Below are positions 32,527 to 42,664 of a stretch of DNA of 64,000 nt, piece by piece. Within the stretch, counting starts at the first letter, position 1; each line of letters starts with the position of its first letter. This DNA is from Dehalococcoidia bacterium (lineage in GTDB: Bacteria; Chloroflexota; Dehalococcoidia; GIF9; AB-539-J10): the NCBI GenBank assembly GCA_030612025.1, contig JAUWOR010000002.1, forward strand, positions 117,464 through 181,463, read 5' to 3'. Under the pieces are notes generated by a model that saw only the letters and a list, made by a program, of their open reading frames with translations, was not told where the DNA came from and did no database searches. Position numbers and translations under genes: made by a program.

Positions 32527-33561
32527 ATGGCAGAGGAAATTAAAGTAGTCCATGTAGGATTAGGTCCCCTCGGGTCAAGAATAGCAAGACATATCCTAAA
32601 TGAGAGAACGGGAATAGGATATGTTGGAGCAATTGATGTCTTACCTGAGATTGTGGGGAAAGACCTTGGTGAGGTAATAGGGGCAGGAAGGAAGCTGGGG
32701 ATAAAGGTTTCCGATGAACCAAAAAATTTATTTGAAGAAACGAAGCCCGATATAGCAATCTACACAACCACACCATTCCTTAAAGATATCCTCCCCCAGA
32801 TTGAACCAGCGATTGAAAGTGGAGCAAATGTAATATCAACCTGTGAGCAACTTGCCTTCCCTTATTTTAGGGATAAGAAATTAACCAAAAAATATGATGA
32901 GCTAGCCAGGAAGAACAAGGTAACCGTGCTTGGCACTGGCATTAACCCCGGCTTCCTGATGGATGTCAGACCAGCCATACTCTCGGCAGCCTGTACCGGA
33001 GTAAAGAGGATAGAGGTTATAAGGCGGATGGATGCTAGCCCGCGAAGAAAACCCTTTCAGAAGAAAATAGGAGCCTCCATGAAACCCGAAGAGTTTAAGA
33101 AAGCGCTAAAAGAAGGCAAGATAACGGGACATGTAGGACTTGAGGAATCAATCTGCCTTATAGCAGACGCTTTGGGCTGGGAACTGGACGTGGTAAGGGT
33201 GGAAGAGGTGGAGCCGGTGATAGCCGAAGAGGAAGTCTCCTCCCAGTTCTACACTGCCAAAAGGGGGCAGGTAAAAGGCACAAAACAAGAGGCCTATGGA
33301 ATAGTAAATGGAGAGGAGAGGATTCATCTTTTCTTCACCGCTTTCTTAGGGGCAACTCCTTCATTTGATGAAGTTAGGATCGAGGGAACCCCAGAAATAG
33401 AGGCAAAAGTTAGTCCCTGCTGGCATGGAGATGATGGCACTGTGGCCATGGTGGTAAACCTCATACCAGTGGTTATAAACTCTCCGCCGGGAATACTCAC
33501 TATGAATGATATAGTCCCTATCTCATTTAAGTCCGGAGACATGAGGAGATTTGTGAAGTAG
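32527..33561 (+). CDS. 2,4-diaminopentanoate dehydrogenase-like / native amine dehydrogenase family
   Basis: GLGPLG, VISTCEQL, GTGINPGFLMD, GHVGLEES; ATG at 32527. Confidence 0.8.
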   Translation: MAEEIKVVHVGLGPLGSRIARHILNERTGIGYVGAIDVLPEIVGKDLGEVIGAGRKLGIKVSDEPKNLFEETKPDIAIYTTTPFLKDILPQIEPAIESGANVISTCEQLAFPYFRDKKLTKKYDELARKNKVTVLGTGINPGFLMDVRPAILSAACTGVKRIEVIRRMDASPRRKPFQKKIGASMKPEEFKKALKEGKITGHVGLEESICLIADALGWELDVVRVEEVEPVIAEEEVSSQFYTAKRGQVKGTKQEAYGIVNGEERIHLFFTAFLGATPSFDEVRIEGTPEIEAKVSPCWHGDDGTVAMVVNLIPVVINSPPGILTMNDIVPISFKSGDMRRFVK

Positions 33562-33582
33562 GGATAAGCAAAGGGGGCAAGA

Positions 33583-35904
33583 GTGACAGGTAAAATGCCA
33601 GAAATTAGGATCGACCAAGGAAAGTGTAAAGGATGTAATTTATGCCTTGAGCTATGTCCAAAGGGGGTATTCCAAGAAACCCAAGAGATGGGTGCCAAGG
33701 GATTTAGGCTTAGAATTCCAGAACTAAGCAGCCAATGCTCTAATTGTGGTCTGTGTAAATATTTTTGTCCCGAAGAAGCAATAATATTAGACGGTGAATG
33801 TTTGATCGATGAATTTTGGGAGCAACTCCAGCAAATAAAGAAGGTTTCTCAGGCCAGAGGCGGTTGGAAAAAGGTCAAAACTCTTTACCCTAGAAAGCAT
33901 TTTATAAGCGGTAACATAGCTTGCGTCTGGGCGGCTTTAGATGCTGGCTGCCGATTCTTTGCTGGCTATCCCATTACTCCAGCCAGTGAACAATCTTACG
34001 AAATGGAAAGATTAATGCCCAGTGCTGGCGGGGTTTTTATTCAGATGGAAAACGAGGATGCTTCAATGGCCGCTCTTTGCGGAGCTTCTTTAGCTGGAGC
34101 CAAAGCAATGACGGCTACTTCTGACCCGGGCTTTGAAAGGATGTTAGAAAACTCAGCTTTTGCTCTCACTAATGAATTGCCGATGGTGGTTGCTGTAGTT
34201 CAGAGAACTTCTCCCAGCACCGGTCGTCCCACTGGAACCGGCTCCTCATTGGTAAGAGGAGTAAGGTGGGGACCTCATGGAGGAACTGAACATATTGTTT
34301 TGTATCCCTCAACAGTTCAAGAAATATACCACTATACAATAAAAGCTTTTAATCTAGCTGAGAGGTTTCGAAGTCCGGTGATTTTGATGCTGGAAGCTTC
34401 CAACACCCATTTAGAAGAAGGTGTGGAGATTCCACAAGAAATAGAAGTGTTTGATCGCATTTATATTCCCGGAAATCCTCCTTTCGGACCCACCAAAGAC
34501 GGCTCTGCCCCCAGTATGCCAAGATTTGGCGATGGCGAATTTTTGAAAGTCAGTGGGCTTACCCATAATGAAAGAGGAGTTCCTTGCGCCACCATTCCCG
34601 AAGTTCACGAAAGAATGGTTAAACATCAAAGAAGAAAAATTGTTTCCAAAATAGAGGAATTAACTGATGTTGAAGAGTACTTGCTTGACGATGCTGAGAT
34701 TATGATTATTGCCTATGGTCATACCGCTCGGTCAGCTAGGTGGGCGATAAAAGAGGCCAGGAAAAGGGGAATGAAAGTGGGGATGCTAAATCTTAGAACT
34801 CTTTATCCTTTCCCGGAAGAGAAGGTTAAGAGGTGGAGCAAAGTCACCAAATGCGTACTAGTTCCTGAGATGAACCAAGGGCAGTTATTTTATGTTGTTC
34901 GGGAATCTTCTTTTTCACCAGTAATTTCACTTCCTCAACCCGATGGCGAAAGCATCGATCCGAGAAGAATCTTACATTTTTTGGAAACAATGGGGGGAGA
35001 ATACTGTCAAGACCTCGCTCCCATCCTTCCCCCTACCATCTATGATCCACCAGAGTGGAGGGAAGAAAAAGGGGAAATTCCTGAAAGGAACTTCAGTCCT
35101 CAAACTATTTTCTGTCCCGGGTGTGGATTGGGGACTTTAAGGAGCTGTTTACTAAAATGTATCCAGGAAATGAACTGGCCTCTGGAGAAAATAGTGGTAG
35201 CTTCAGGGATAGGTTGCACGGCTAGGCTTCCCAATCATCTTCCTTTCGATTCAGCAAATACCACTCACGGCTATCCTATTCCTTTTGCTACCGGAGTGAA
35301 ACTAGCCCAGCCTGATTTACATGTAATAGTTATCAGTGGAGATGGTGACCTATTCGACATCGGGGCAGGGCAAACAATTCACGGGGCCCGAAGGAACCTT
35401 CCCATTTTGGCTATTTGCTTTAATAATTTTGTCTTTGGGATGACTGGAGGTCAGGTAGCAGCTACCACCCCCTTGGGGGCAATAACTTCTACCACTACTA
35501 CCGGAAACAAGAGACTGCCTCTCGATTTAGTAAGGCTGATGCTCGGGGCAAACGCTAAATACGTGGCCCGCTGCCCAATCAGCAAACCCCTCATTTTAAA
35601 AGGAATTTTAAAAGAGGCTCTCTGTTTCGACGGGTTTTCATTTGTAGAAGTTGTCTCTCCATGTCTAATGGGATATGGAAGAAGAAATGAGCTTTTTTCA
35701 CCATCACAAATTTGGCAAAAGCTTAATCAAGCTTATGTCGCCAAGGAGATGGCTCGAGAAATATCAGAAACTATCCTGAGGAAAAAATTCAAATCGCTTT
35801 TCCCCTTTAGAGAAGAAGTTAAAACAGAAGAGCTTGGGCAAATAATTTATGGCCGCTTTTCGAACCTAAAAGAGTATGTGAATCTCGTCCCGGAGGAGAG
35901 TTGA
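33583..35904 (+). CDS. Fused delta-alpha-beta 2-oxoacid:ferredoxin oxidoreductase
   Basis: Two CxxCxxCxxxCP; AGYPITP; EMNQGQ; CPGCG, GIGC, GDGD, GMTGGQ in one ORF. Confidence 0.9.
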   Translation: MTGKMPEIRIDQGKCKGCNLCLELCPKGVFQETQEMGAKGFRLRIPELSSQCSNCGLCKYFCPEEAIILDGECLIDEFWEQLQQIKKVSQARGGWKKVKTLYPRKHFISGNIACVWAALDAGCRFFAGYPITPASEQSYEMERLMPSAGGVFIQMENEDASMAALCGASLAGAKAMTATSDPGFERMLENSAFALTNELPMVVAVVQRTSPSTGRPTGTGSSLVRGVRWGPHGGTEHIVLYPSTVQEIYHYTIKAFNLAERFRSPVILMLEASNTHLEEGVEIPQEIEVFDRIYIPGNPPFGPTKDGSAPSMPRFGDGEFLKVSGLTHNERGVPCATIPEVHERMVKHQRRKIVSKIEELTDVEEYLLDDAEIMIIAYGHTARSARWAIKEARKRGMKVGMLNLRTLYPFPEEKVKRWSKVTKCVLVPEMNQGQLFYVVRESSFSPVISLPQPDGESIDPRRILHFLETMGGEYCQDLAPILPPTIYDPPEWREEKGEIPERNFSPQTIFCPGCGLGTLRSCLLKCIQEMNWPLEKIVVASGIGCTARLPNHLPFDSANTTHGYPIPFATGVKLAQPDLHVIVISGDGDLFDIGAGQTIHGARRNLPILAICFNNFVFGMTGGQVAATTPLGAITSTTTTGNKRLPLDLVRLMLGANAKYVARCPISKPLILKGILKEALCFDGFSFVEVVSPCLMGYGRRNELFSPSQIWQKLNQAYVAKEMAREISETILRKKFKSLFPFREEVKTEELGQIIYGRFSNLKEYVNLVPEES

Positions 35905-36437
35905 TGAGAAAAGAAATCGTGATTGCCGGTTTTGGTGGACAAGGAATTCAAAGGCTAGGGGGAATCCTGGCAAAGGCATTAGATGACAAAGGGTTCTTCA
36001 TCTCTCTTAAATCAAATTATGGTCCAGCAGCTCGGGGAGGAAACTCTTTCTCTCAAATTGTGGTTAAAGAATCGTTGGAGGATTGGCCGGAGGTATTGAT
36101 GGTTGATATTTTAGTAGCGATGTCTCAGGAAGGCTACAATGCTTGGATTTCTAAAACTTCCTTGGAATCCAAAGTATTTTTCGATGTTGACATGGTAAAA
36201 ACTGCGCCACCGCCTCACGCCCATCAATACCCAATTCCGGCAACTAAAGTGGCTAACGAAATTGGTCCTCAAATCGTGGCCAATATGGTAATGTTTGGGG
36301 CAGTAGCAGCAGTAACCGGGTTTTTCTCTCTTGAGAATCTTTTTGGAGTGATAAAAAAAGAGGCGGGAAAATTTTCTGACGCCAATCTAGAAGCGGTAAA
36401 GGAAGGGTATAAATTGGGTAGCATGTTCCAGAGCTAA
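35904..36437 (+). CDS. 2-oxoacid:ferredoxin oxidoreductase gamma subunit
   Basis: AGFGGQG, YGPAARGG, ANMVMFG; TGATG coupling to the upstream gene. Confidence 0.9.
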   Translation: MRKEIVIAGFGGQGIQRLGGILAKALDDKGFFISLKSNYGPAARGGNSFSQIVVKESLEDWPEVLMVDILVAMSQEGYNAWISKTSLESKVFFDVDMVKTAPPPHAHQYPIPATKVANEIGPQIVANMVMFGAVAAVTGFFSLENLFGVIKKEAGKFSDANLEAVKEGYKLGSMFQS

Positions 36438-36476
36438 CTACCTGTTGCTATCACAGGTTCAGTTGGCGTGGTTTAT

Positions 36477-36749
36477 CTAAGCAGCTTTGCGACTCCTCCG
36501 CTGAATGAAAACAATGGCGCCAAAAAGTGCCGCTCCAACGATTTTCGCCATGAGTTCTGGATACATCATAAGGATACCGGAAACAATGTAAATTAAATTA
36601 CGGACTTGTATATTTGAGCCTCTATCCCCCTCAATGATAAGAACATTGTTAGTGGGAAATATAGCTACAAATAAAAAAACTGCCGATGCAGCTATAATGA
36701 CTAAATTTCGCCTTCGCACCAAAAGAGGCTTTTCGGTAAATTTGGGCAT
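36477..36749 (-). pseudogene. Probable chimeric remnant ending in a TRAP fused-permease C-terminus
   Basis: Short hydrophobic ORF ending GILMMYPELMAKIVGAALF..IQRRSRK. Confidence 0.35.
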
Positions 36750-36922
36750 GTCAAAAAGCTACCATTTCCCGGGAACTTTCTCTCCAGGTATTCTTAACCA
36801 TAACATAGTTGTGGTTGGCAAATTTTGTCACGGTGTCCCCGTGGTCAGTTTTACAAGTTTCTGTTTTTTGGTTTAAACTTGAATTTAGCTACTTCCGGGC
36901 GACATTGTGAGCAGGAGGTGAT

Positions 36923-38146
36923 ATGAGACTAAAAATGGAATGTAGCGAATGCGGGAGGATTTACTCTGCAGAGGAAATGATTTACCGCTGTAAGATATGC
37001 GACTATCCCCTGGAAGTAAGATACAACTATAGTTCTATTGCCGCCGAGATCAAGGAACAACTAGTGAAGAGGCCGGAAGGGACCGTCTGGAGGTACCGAG
37101 AATTACTGCCTATAGCGGATGTCAGCCAAGTAGTCTCGCTGAACGAAGGAGGTACTCCTCTGCACAAAAGTGTCAGGCTTGCCCAAAGGCTTGGGATTAA
37201 AAACTTATACTTAAAGGACGAGACGAGAAACCCCACCGGTTCTTTCAAAGATAGGGGGAGCAGTGTTGGGGTTTCTAAGGCATTGGAAATCGGTGCTGCT
37301 GTTGGCTGCGTTTCCACGGGGAACATGGCTGCTTCCCTAGCTGCTTATGCCGCTAAAGCGGGGATAAAATGTGTGATTCTGCTCCATGCCGAGACGCCGG
37401 CAGAAAAAGTCATCCCTTTGCTGATTTACGGCGCTCAGGTAATTTCTTTGCCTAAGCCTTACCCGGAAATCTACCAAGCAGGCTTGGAAATCAGCCAAGA
37501 GTATGGCCTCTACTGGGTTCACTCTGATGCGCCAATGCGGGTAGAGGGGCAAAAGACCTGCGCCTATGAGATTTGTGAACAACTGGGGTGGCAGGTGCCG
37601 GATAAGGTGATAATTCCCACAAGCAGCGGCGGCAACATAAGCGCCCACTGGAAAGGCTGGAAGGAACTGCGCCAGATGAGGTTAACTAGTAAATTACCCT
37701 CTATGGTGGTCGTCCAGGCAGAGGGGTGTTGCCCCATAGTGAAGGCATTTAAAGAAAGAAAAAAAGATGTCGAGCCGCTTACCGAAGTCAGGACTATTGC
37801 CCATTCCATCTCAAATCCCGCCCCTCCCAGTGGGCGACGGGTGCTAAAGCTGCTAGGGGAGTGCGGCGGTCTTGCTGAAGCTGTTTCCGATGAAGAGCTG
37901 CTCCAAGCTCAAAAGATGCTAGCTGAGACTGAGGGTATATTCGCCGAGGTGGCCGGAGCTGCCTCCATTGCTGGCCTAAAGAAGCTGCTAGCAAGGGGCT
38001 TAGCTAAAGGGGAAGAAACCGTTGTCTGCCTTGTAACTGGCACCGGGCTTAAAGATATAAAGACAGCCATGAAGACAGGCGGCAAACCCCTCAAAGTAGA
38101 ATCCTGGGCCGAGTGTAGGCGAGTATTACAGGCGATGAAATTCTGA
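36923..38146 (+). CDS. thrC: Threonine synthase-like PLP enzyme
   Basis: N-terminal CxxC zinc ribbon, NPTGSFKDRG, STGN, EGQKT, TGTGLKD. Confidence 0.8.
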   Translation: MRLKMECSECGRIYSAEEMIYRCKICDYPLEVRYNYSSIAAEIKEQLVKRPEGTVWRYRELLPIADVSQVVSLNEGGTPLHKSVRLAQRLGIKNLYLKDETRNPTGSFKDRGSSVGVSKALEIGAAVGCVSTGNMAASLAAYAAKAGIKCVILLHAETPAEKVIPLLIYGAQVISLPKPYPEIYQAGLEISQEYGLYWVHSDAPMRVEGQKTCAYEICEQLGWQVPDKVIIPTSSGGNISAHWKGWKELRQMRLTSKLPSMVVVQAEGCCPIVKAFKERKKDVEPLTEVRTIAHSISNPAPPSGRRVLKLLGECGGLAEAVSDEELLQAQKMLAETEGIFAEVAGAASIAGLKKLLARGLAKGEETVVCLVTGTGLKDIKTAMKTGGKPLKVESWAECRRVLQAMKF

Positions 38147-38296
38147 AGAGCAAAGTTGCTTTTAAGCTACCACCGACATCAAGAATTTGAAGAACAGAAG
38201 CGCCTCTCCAGTTTCAACGCTCCCTATTCCAACCTCGGCAAACCCGCTGGCTATTTGCGCCAAAAAGAGCTTTTGGGAAAGGCTGAGAGTTCTTTG

Positions 38297-38408
38297 TGTC
38301 ATTGCAAGCGAAGCAATCTGAGGAGAGACACGAGATTGCTTCGGCACTTTGTGCCTCGCAATGACAAGACAATGAGGCGATGTGTCACTAAGGTATTGAA
38401 CGAGTACA
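38297..38408. repeat. GTCATTGC palindrome with TGT-ended 26-bp terminus
   Basis: GTCATTGCAAGCGAAGCAATCT...CTCGCAATGAC; minus strand TGTACTCGTTCAATACCTTAGTGACA. Confidence 0.7.
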
Positions 38409-38695
38409 AAACCTTGCTTTGTGCGAATATGGTTTAAATTCCCACCAGATTAAAAAGTAGGCAAGGTGAAGATCCACGAATATCAAGCTAAGGCGCTTTT
38501 AAGCCAATATGGTATTCCCGTTCCTCGGGGAGGGGTAGCTTACATTCCCGCTGAAGCCAAGGAGATAGCCACTGAGCTTGGGGATAAAGGGTAATTAAAG
38601 CTCAGGTCTATGCTGGAGGAAGAGGCAAAGCTGGTGGCATAAAGATGGTTAATAACCCGGGAGAGGCAGAAACAGCAGCAAGCAAGCCGATTGAG
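38408..38695 (+). pseudogene. Frameshifted duplicate of the sucC upstream region and 5' end
   Basis: Aligns over about 290 bp with 41434-41722; GTG at 38466; 1-bp deletion near 38590. Confidence 0.88.
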
Positions 38696-38829
38696 GTAGC
38701 CATGCTGGGATACAGGGAAGAAAGATCGACTCTGGTCGGGGCAGAGGTGTAAAATCAGTTCCGAAAGCGAACAAAAGGAGCCGCAGATAACTAACGGTTA
38801 AAGTGCTGGAGACAATTGACAGTCGGTGA

Positions 38830-39747
38830 TTAGCCTCCGGCAGAAAAGGTTTTTCGATAACCTGATAATCCTTTTTTTAAGATTTCCTCAATCTCTCTTT
38901 TTTCATTTTCTGTTAGCGGTAATAAAGGAAGTCTTGTTTCTCCGCCAAAATAACCTACCATGTCCAGGGCAGCTTTTAGACCACTTATGCCATAAGTTGC
39001 AGTTATTGCCTTATTAACCGGTATCATTTTAAGTTGAAGTTTCTTTGCTTCTTCGATATCACCATCTTGAACAAGACTAAATATTTTTACACAAATTTCT
39101 GGAGCTACATTAGCCAAGGCAAGGATACCACCAGCACAGCCCAAGGTTAAAGCCCCCAATAATGCCCCTGCCGTTCCTACCAATACATTAAAGTCTTCAT
39201 CAACATTATTTAGATACTCACCTAATTGATTTACATTACCTGAACTATCTTTTATTCCGATAATATTCGGATGTTTTGACAAGCTTGATACAATATCTAC
39301 ACCAAGGTTGATATGAGTGAATTTAGGCACATTGTAAAGTACTATAGGAATAGAAGAATTATCCGCAATAGTGGTATAGTGCTTAATTAGCGCTTCAGTA
39401 TTCATTTGCCCCCCATAGTAAGAGGGAGTTACAATTAATGCCGCATGTGCTCCTAATTTACTACAATCTTGGGTTAATCTAATAGTTTCCACCGTTGATT
39501 CACAGCTAGACCCCACAATAATCATCATATCCTCAGGTGCAGCATTAACCACAGTTTTAACTACTTCTCTCTTTTCCTCTTCCGATAAAAAAACAAATTC
39601 GCCATTAGAACCAAGAACGACAAACCCTCTAATTCCTGTTTTACCCCATTTTTCTACATTTGATGCTAATTTATCATAAGCAACTTTCCCTTTTACAAAA
39701 GGTGTGGCAATAGGTGGAAAAATTCCCCTTAGATTAAGTTTTGACAT
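38830..39747 (-). CDS. DapA-family aldolase, 4-hydroxy-2-oxoglutarate aldolase-like
   Basis: GIFPPIATPF, GFVVLGSNGE, YNVP, GIKDS; visibly AT-rich. Confidence 0.85.
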   Translation of the reverse strand: MSKLNLRGIFPPIATPFVKGKVAYDKLASNVEKWGKTGIRGFVVLGSNGEFVFLSEEEKREVVKTVVNAAPEDMMIIVGSSCESTVETIRLTQDCSKLGAHAALIVTPSYYGGQMNTEALIKHYTTIADNSSIPIVLYNVPKFTHINLGVDIVSSLSKHPNIIGIKDSSGNVNQLGEYLNNVDEDFNVLVGTAGALLGALTLGCAGGILALANVAPEICVKIFSLVQDGDIEEAKKLQLKMIPVNKAITATYGISGLKAALDMVGYFGGETRLPLLPLTENEKREIEEILKKGLSGYRKTFSAGG

Positions 39748-39942
39748 TTAAAAAACCTCCCTGAAAAAGATTCAAATAGTATTATAATTTATATATCATA
39801 TAGCACCTTCTCTTTTTGTGCTATATTCCTCTCATTTTTTCAAATAAGATGCCTCAGCAGCTCCTACGCTTGTTCCCAATTTAAAATCATGATTCAGGCT
39901 GTCCAAAAAGTCCGATAGGGAGGTAGCCGACGCCAATGGAGA

Positions 39943-40080
39943 TCAGCTATCTTGTGCCAATCCTTTTGGTATATAGGAAGGTACCGATTTCTTCACCGCC
40001 TCTGGGTTGAGCCATTCCTCCTTACTACAAAGGAATCCAAGCATAACAATGTTGGCAGCAAGCCTTGTTCCAATGCCGGC
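39943..40080 (-). pseudogene. Remnant of a 2-oxoacid oxidoreductase gamma subunit C-terminus
   Basis: GTRLAANIVMLGFL...EAVKKSV..IPKG. Confidence 0.5.
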
Positions 40081-40126
40081 ACTATCCCGCCATAAATTTA
40101 ATACTCAATGTTCTTAAAACAAGCCC

Positions 40127-41152
40127 TCAAAACGGTTTCTTCTCTAATTCCTCAAGTTTCTTCCACAACTTCTCATCAATTGGTATGCCTTCTCGCCTCC
40201 TTCTTTCTTCCTCTAAGAACTCCCGCTCGCCAGGAAGAAGCACCTCCTTAACCCCCTTAGAAGGCTTCGACCCTTTGAGCATTTCAATTTCCTTATCGAC
40301 CCTTTCCTTGAAATTCTCTATTCCGATCATTTTATCGGGGTCAATAGCTATAAAACATTGCCCTAACGTCATGAACTCGCCAAGCTGGTGTAGCGACTTC
40401 ACCTCTTTCCCAAATGCTGACCCTGTTAAAACACCGGCCAGAATGTCAATAAGCAAGGCTATCCCATATCCTTTATATGTCCCAAAAGGGAGTATTGCCC
40501 CCTTTGTCCATACTTCGTCTGGATCGGTGGTAAAGTCTCCATTCCCATCAATGGCGACATTTCTCGGCAGCTTCCTCCCCTCTTCCTTGGCTCTCAATAC
40601 CGCTGTAGCCGTTATGGCTGAGGTTGACATATCTAAGACGATTGGCCATCTCTTTTTGGCTGGAATTGCATAGGAGATAGGGTTGGTTCCCAAAAGCCTC
40701 TCACAGCCCCCCCAGGGCGCAACCCAAGGATAAGTGTTGCAGAATGTTATTCCAATCATGTCACTCTCAACCGCTTTTAAAGAATAATATGCTGCCATAC
40801 CATAATCGCTAGTGTTTTTAGCCCCCACAAATCCCACTCCCGCCTTACTCGCTTTCTCTATGGCTAAATCCATAGCTCTATTTCCTATTACCTGTCCAAA
40901 TCCATGGTCACCGTCTATGAGAGCTTGAGCCCCATGTTCTTCTATCTTTATTTTTGGCTTCGTCTTTACCGTCCCTTCCTTGACCCTTTCAAGATAACGC
41001 GGTAGGTAGTATGCCCCATGAGTGGCAATGCCTCTCAAATCTGCCTTTACCAGAGCGTCCGCTACCACTTCAATGTCCTTTCTATCCATGTCTAGCTTCC
41101 CCAGGATTGCTTTGATCTTGCTGCGAAGACTCTCCATATGCACTTTCATCAT
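40127..41152 (-). CDS. Ldh_2 family oxidoreductase (malate/L-lactate/sulfolactate dehydrogenase-like)
   Basis: ADLRGIATHG, GTNPI, LDMSTS, YKGYG, LPGERE. Confidence 0.9.
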   Translation of the reverse strand: MMKVHMESLRSKIKAILGKLDMDRKDIEVVADALVKADLRGIATHGAYYLPRYLERVKEGTVKTKPKIKIEEHGAQALIDGDHGFGQVIGNRAMDLAIEKASKAGVGFVGAKNTSDYGMAAYYSLKAVESDMIGITFCNTYPWVAPWGGCERLLGTNPISYAIPAKKRWPIVLDMSTSAITATAVLRAKEEGRKLPRNVAIDGNGDFTTDPDEVWTKGAILPFGTYKGYGIALLIDILAGVLTGSAFGKEVKSLHQLGEFMTLGQCFIAIDPDKMIGIENFKERVDKEIEMLKGSKPSKGVKEVLLPGEREFLEEERRRREGIPIDEKLWKKLEELEKKPF

Positions 41153-41491
41153 AATCTCCTTAAGTTTATCATCCTTTGCCTTCTCTACCCCTAAAAACTT
41201 TTCATCCTAACGCAGGTAATTCACATAATCTTGAAATTCAATCAACTTTGCCTTCACATAAACCTACCGCCCCTCTTGCCTTTTCCGTATTCTAAATGCA
41301 CCCTTTTTTACCTGTCAAGACACTGTTACCAAGAGCTTTTAGAAAAACTGAATTGGTGAACACGGATTGACCAATAGCTACCTTATTCATTATATTTTAG
41401 GGAGCTAACCGAGCAATTTAGGGTGACGTTTTGAAAACCTTGCTCTTGTGCTAATATGGTTTAAATTCCCATCAGATTAAAAGTAAACAAG

Positions 41492-42664
41492 ATGAAAATC
41501 CACGAATTTCAAGCTAAGATGCTCCTAAGCCAATATGGTATCCCTGTTCCCCGGGGAAGGGTAGCTTCTACCCCCGCTGAAGCCAAGGAGATAGCCGCTG
41601 AGCTTGGGGGTAAAGCGGTAATTAAAGCTCAAGTCTATGCTGGAGGAAGGGGCAAAGCCGGTGGCATAAAGATAGTTAATAGCCCGGAAGAGGCAGAAAT
41701 GGCAGCAAGCGAGCTAATCGGAACTAGACTTGTGACCCATCAAACTGGCCCAGAGGGGGTACCAGTAAGCAAGGTTTTGGTGGAAGAGGCGAGTAATGTG
41801 GAGCGCGAACTCTACCTCAGTATTCTCGTTGACGGGGCAAACCGATTGCCGTTTATGATGGCGAGCGAAGCTGGTGGTATGGAGATTGAGGAAGTAGCTC
41901 AAGCAAGCCCAGAAAAAATATTCAAGGCTTACATTGACCCCGCTGTCGGTTTTCAACCTTATCAAGGCCGCAAACTAGCCTATGGAATGAATTTGAGCGG
42001 AAAGCAAGTGGGAGAAGCCACACAATTGATGGCGAGCCTTTATACCCTTTTTATAGCCAAAGATTGTTCTTTAGCTGAGATCAATCCTTTGGTTACTACT
42101 GCTGACGGAAGGCTAGTGGCTCTAGATGCCAAGCTAAATTTTGATGATAATGCCCTTTTTCGACATAAAGATATTCGGGAATTCCAGGATAAAGAGCAAG
42201 AGGAACCATTAGAGGTTCAAGCTCGTGAATTAGGCATAAACAATTATGTCAAGATGGAAGGTGACATTGGTTGTATGGTTAATGGCGCCGGACTGGCTAT
42301 GGCACTAAACGACCTTATCAGTGGCTGTGGTGGTAGCGCAGCAAATTTCCTCGATATCGGCACAGTGAATACCACTGACCGCGTAGTCAACTCGTTTAGG
42401 ATGTTTGTTGCTGATAGTAGAGTTAAGGCAGTTCTAGTAAATATATTTGGGGGTATGGCCAGAGTGGACGTTATTGCTAGAGGCATAGTCAAAGCCTACC
42501 AGCAACTGGACATTCGCTTTCCTGTAGTTATTAGATTGGCAGGAACAAATGTTGCTGAAGGCAAACGTATTTTAGCCCAATCTGGGATAAGTTTTATCGA
42601 GGCAAAAGATTTTTACGATGGGGCTCACAAGGCAGTTGAAACTACGAGGGGGATAATAAGTTGA
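41492..42664 (+). CDS. sucC: Succinyl-CoA synthetase beta subunit
   Basis: [34 protein letters not shown]. Confidence 0.92.
   Translation: MKIHEFQAKMLLSQYGIPVPRGRVASTPAEAKEIAAELGGKAVIKAQVYAGGRGKAGGIKIVNSPEEAEMAASELIGTRLVTHQTGPEGVPVSKVLVEEASNVERELYLSILVDGANRLPFMMASEAGGMEIEEVAQASPEKIFKAYIDPAVGFQPYQGRKLAYGMNLSGKQVGEATQLMASLYTLFIAKDCSLAEINPLVTTADGRLVALDAKLNFDDNALFRHKDIREFQDKEQEEPLEVQARELGINNYVKMEGDIGCMVNGAGLAMALNDLISGCGGSAANFLDIGTVNTTDRVVNSFRMFVADSRVKAVLVNIFGGMARVDVIARGIVKAYQQLDIRFPVVIRLAGTNVAEGKRILAQSGISFIEAKDFYDGAHKAVETTRGIIS

Noticed and set aside
36923-41152. Coenzyme M pathway (cysteate synthase plus ComC)
   Set aside because: Only family-level resemblance; no ComDE or aminotransferase, and the genes sit in different cassettes
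41265-41280. CCGCCCCTCTTGCC as an attR copy of the tRNA-Ser 3' end
   Set aside because: Too short and mismatched to distinguish from chance
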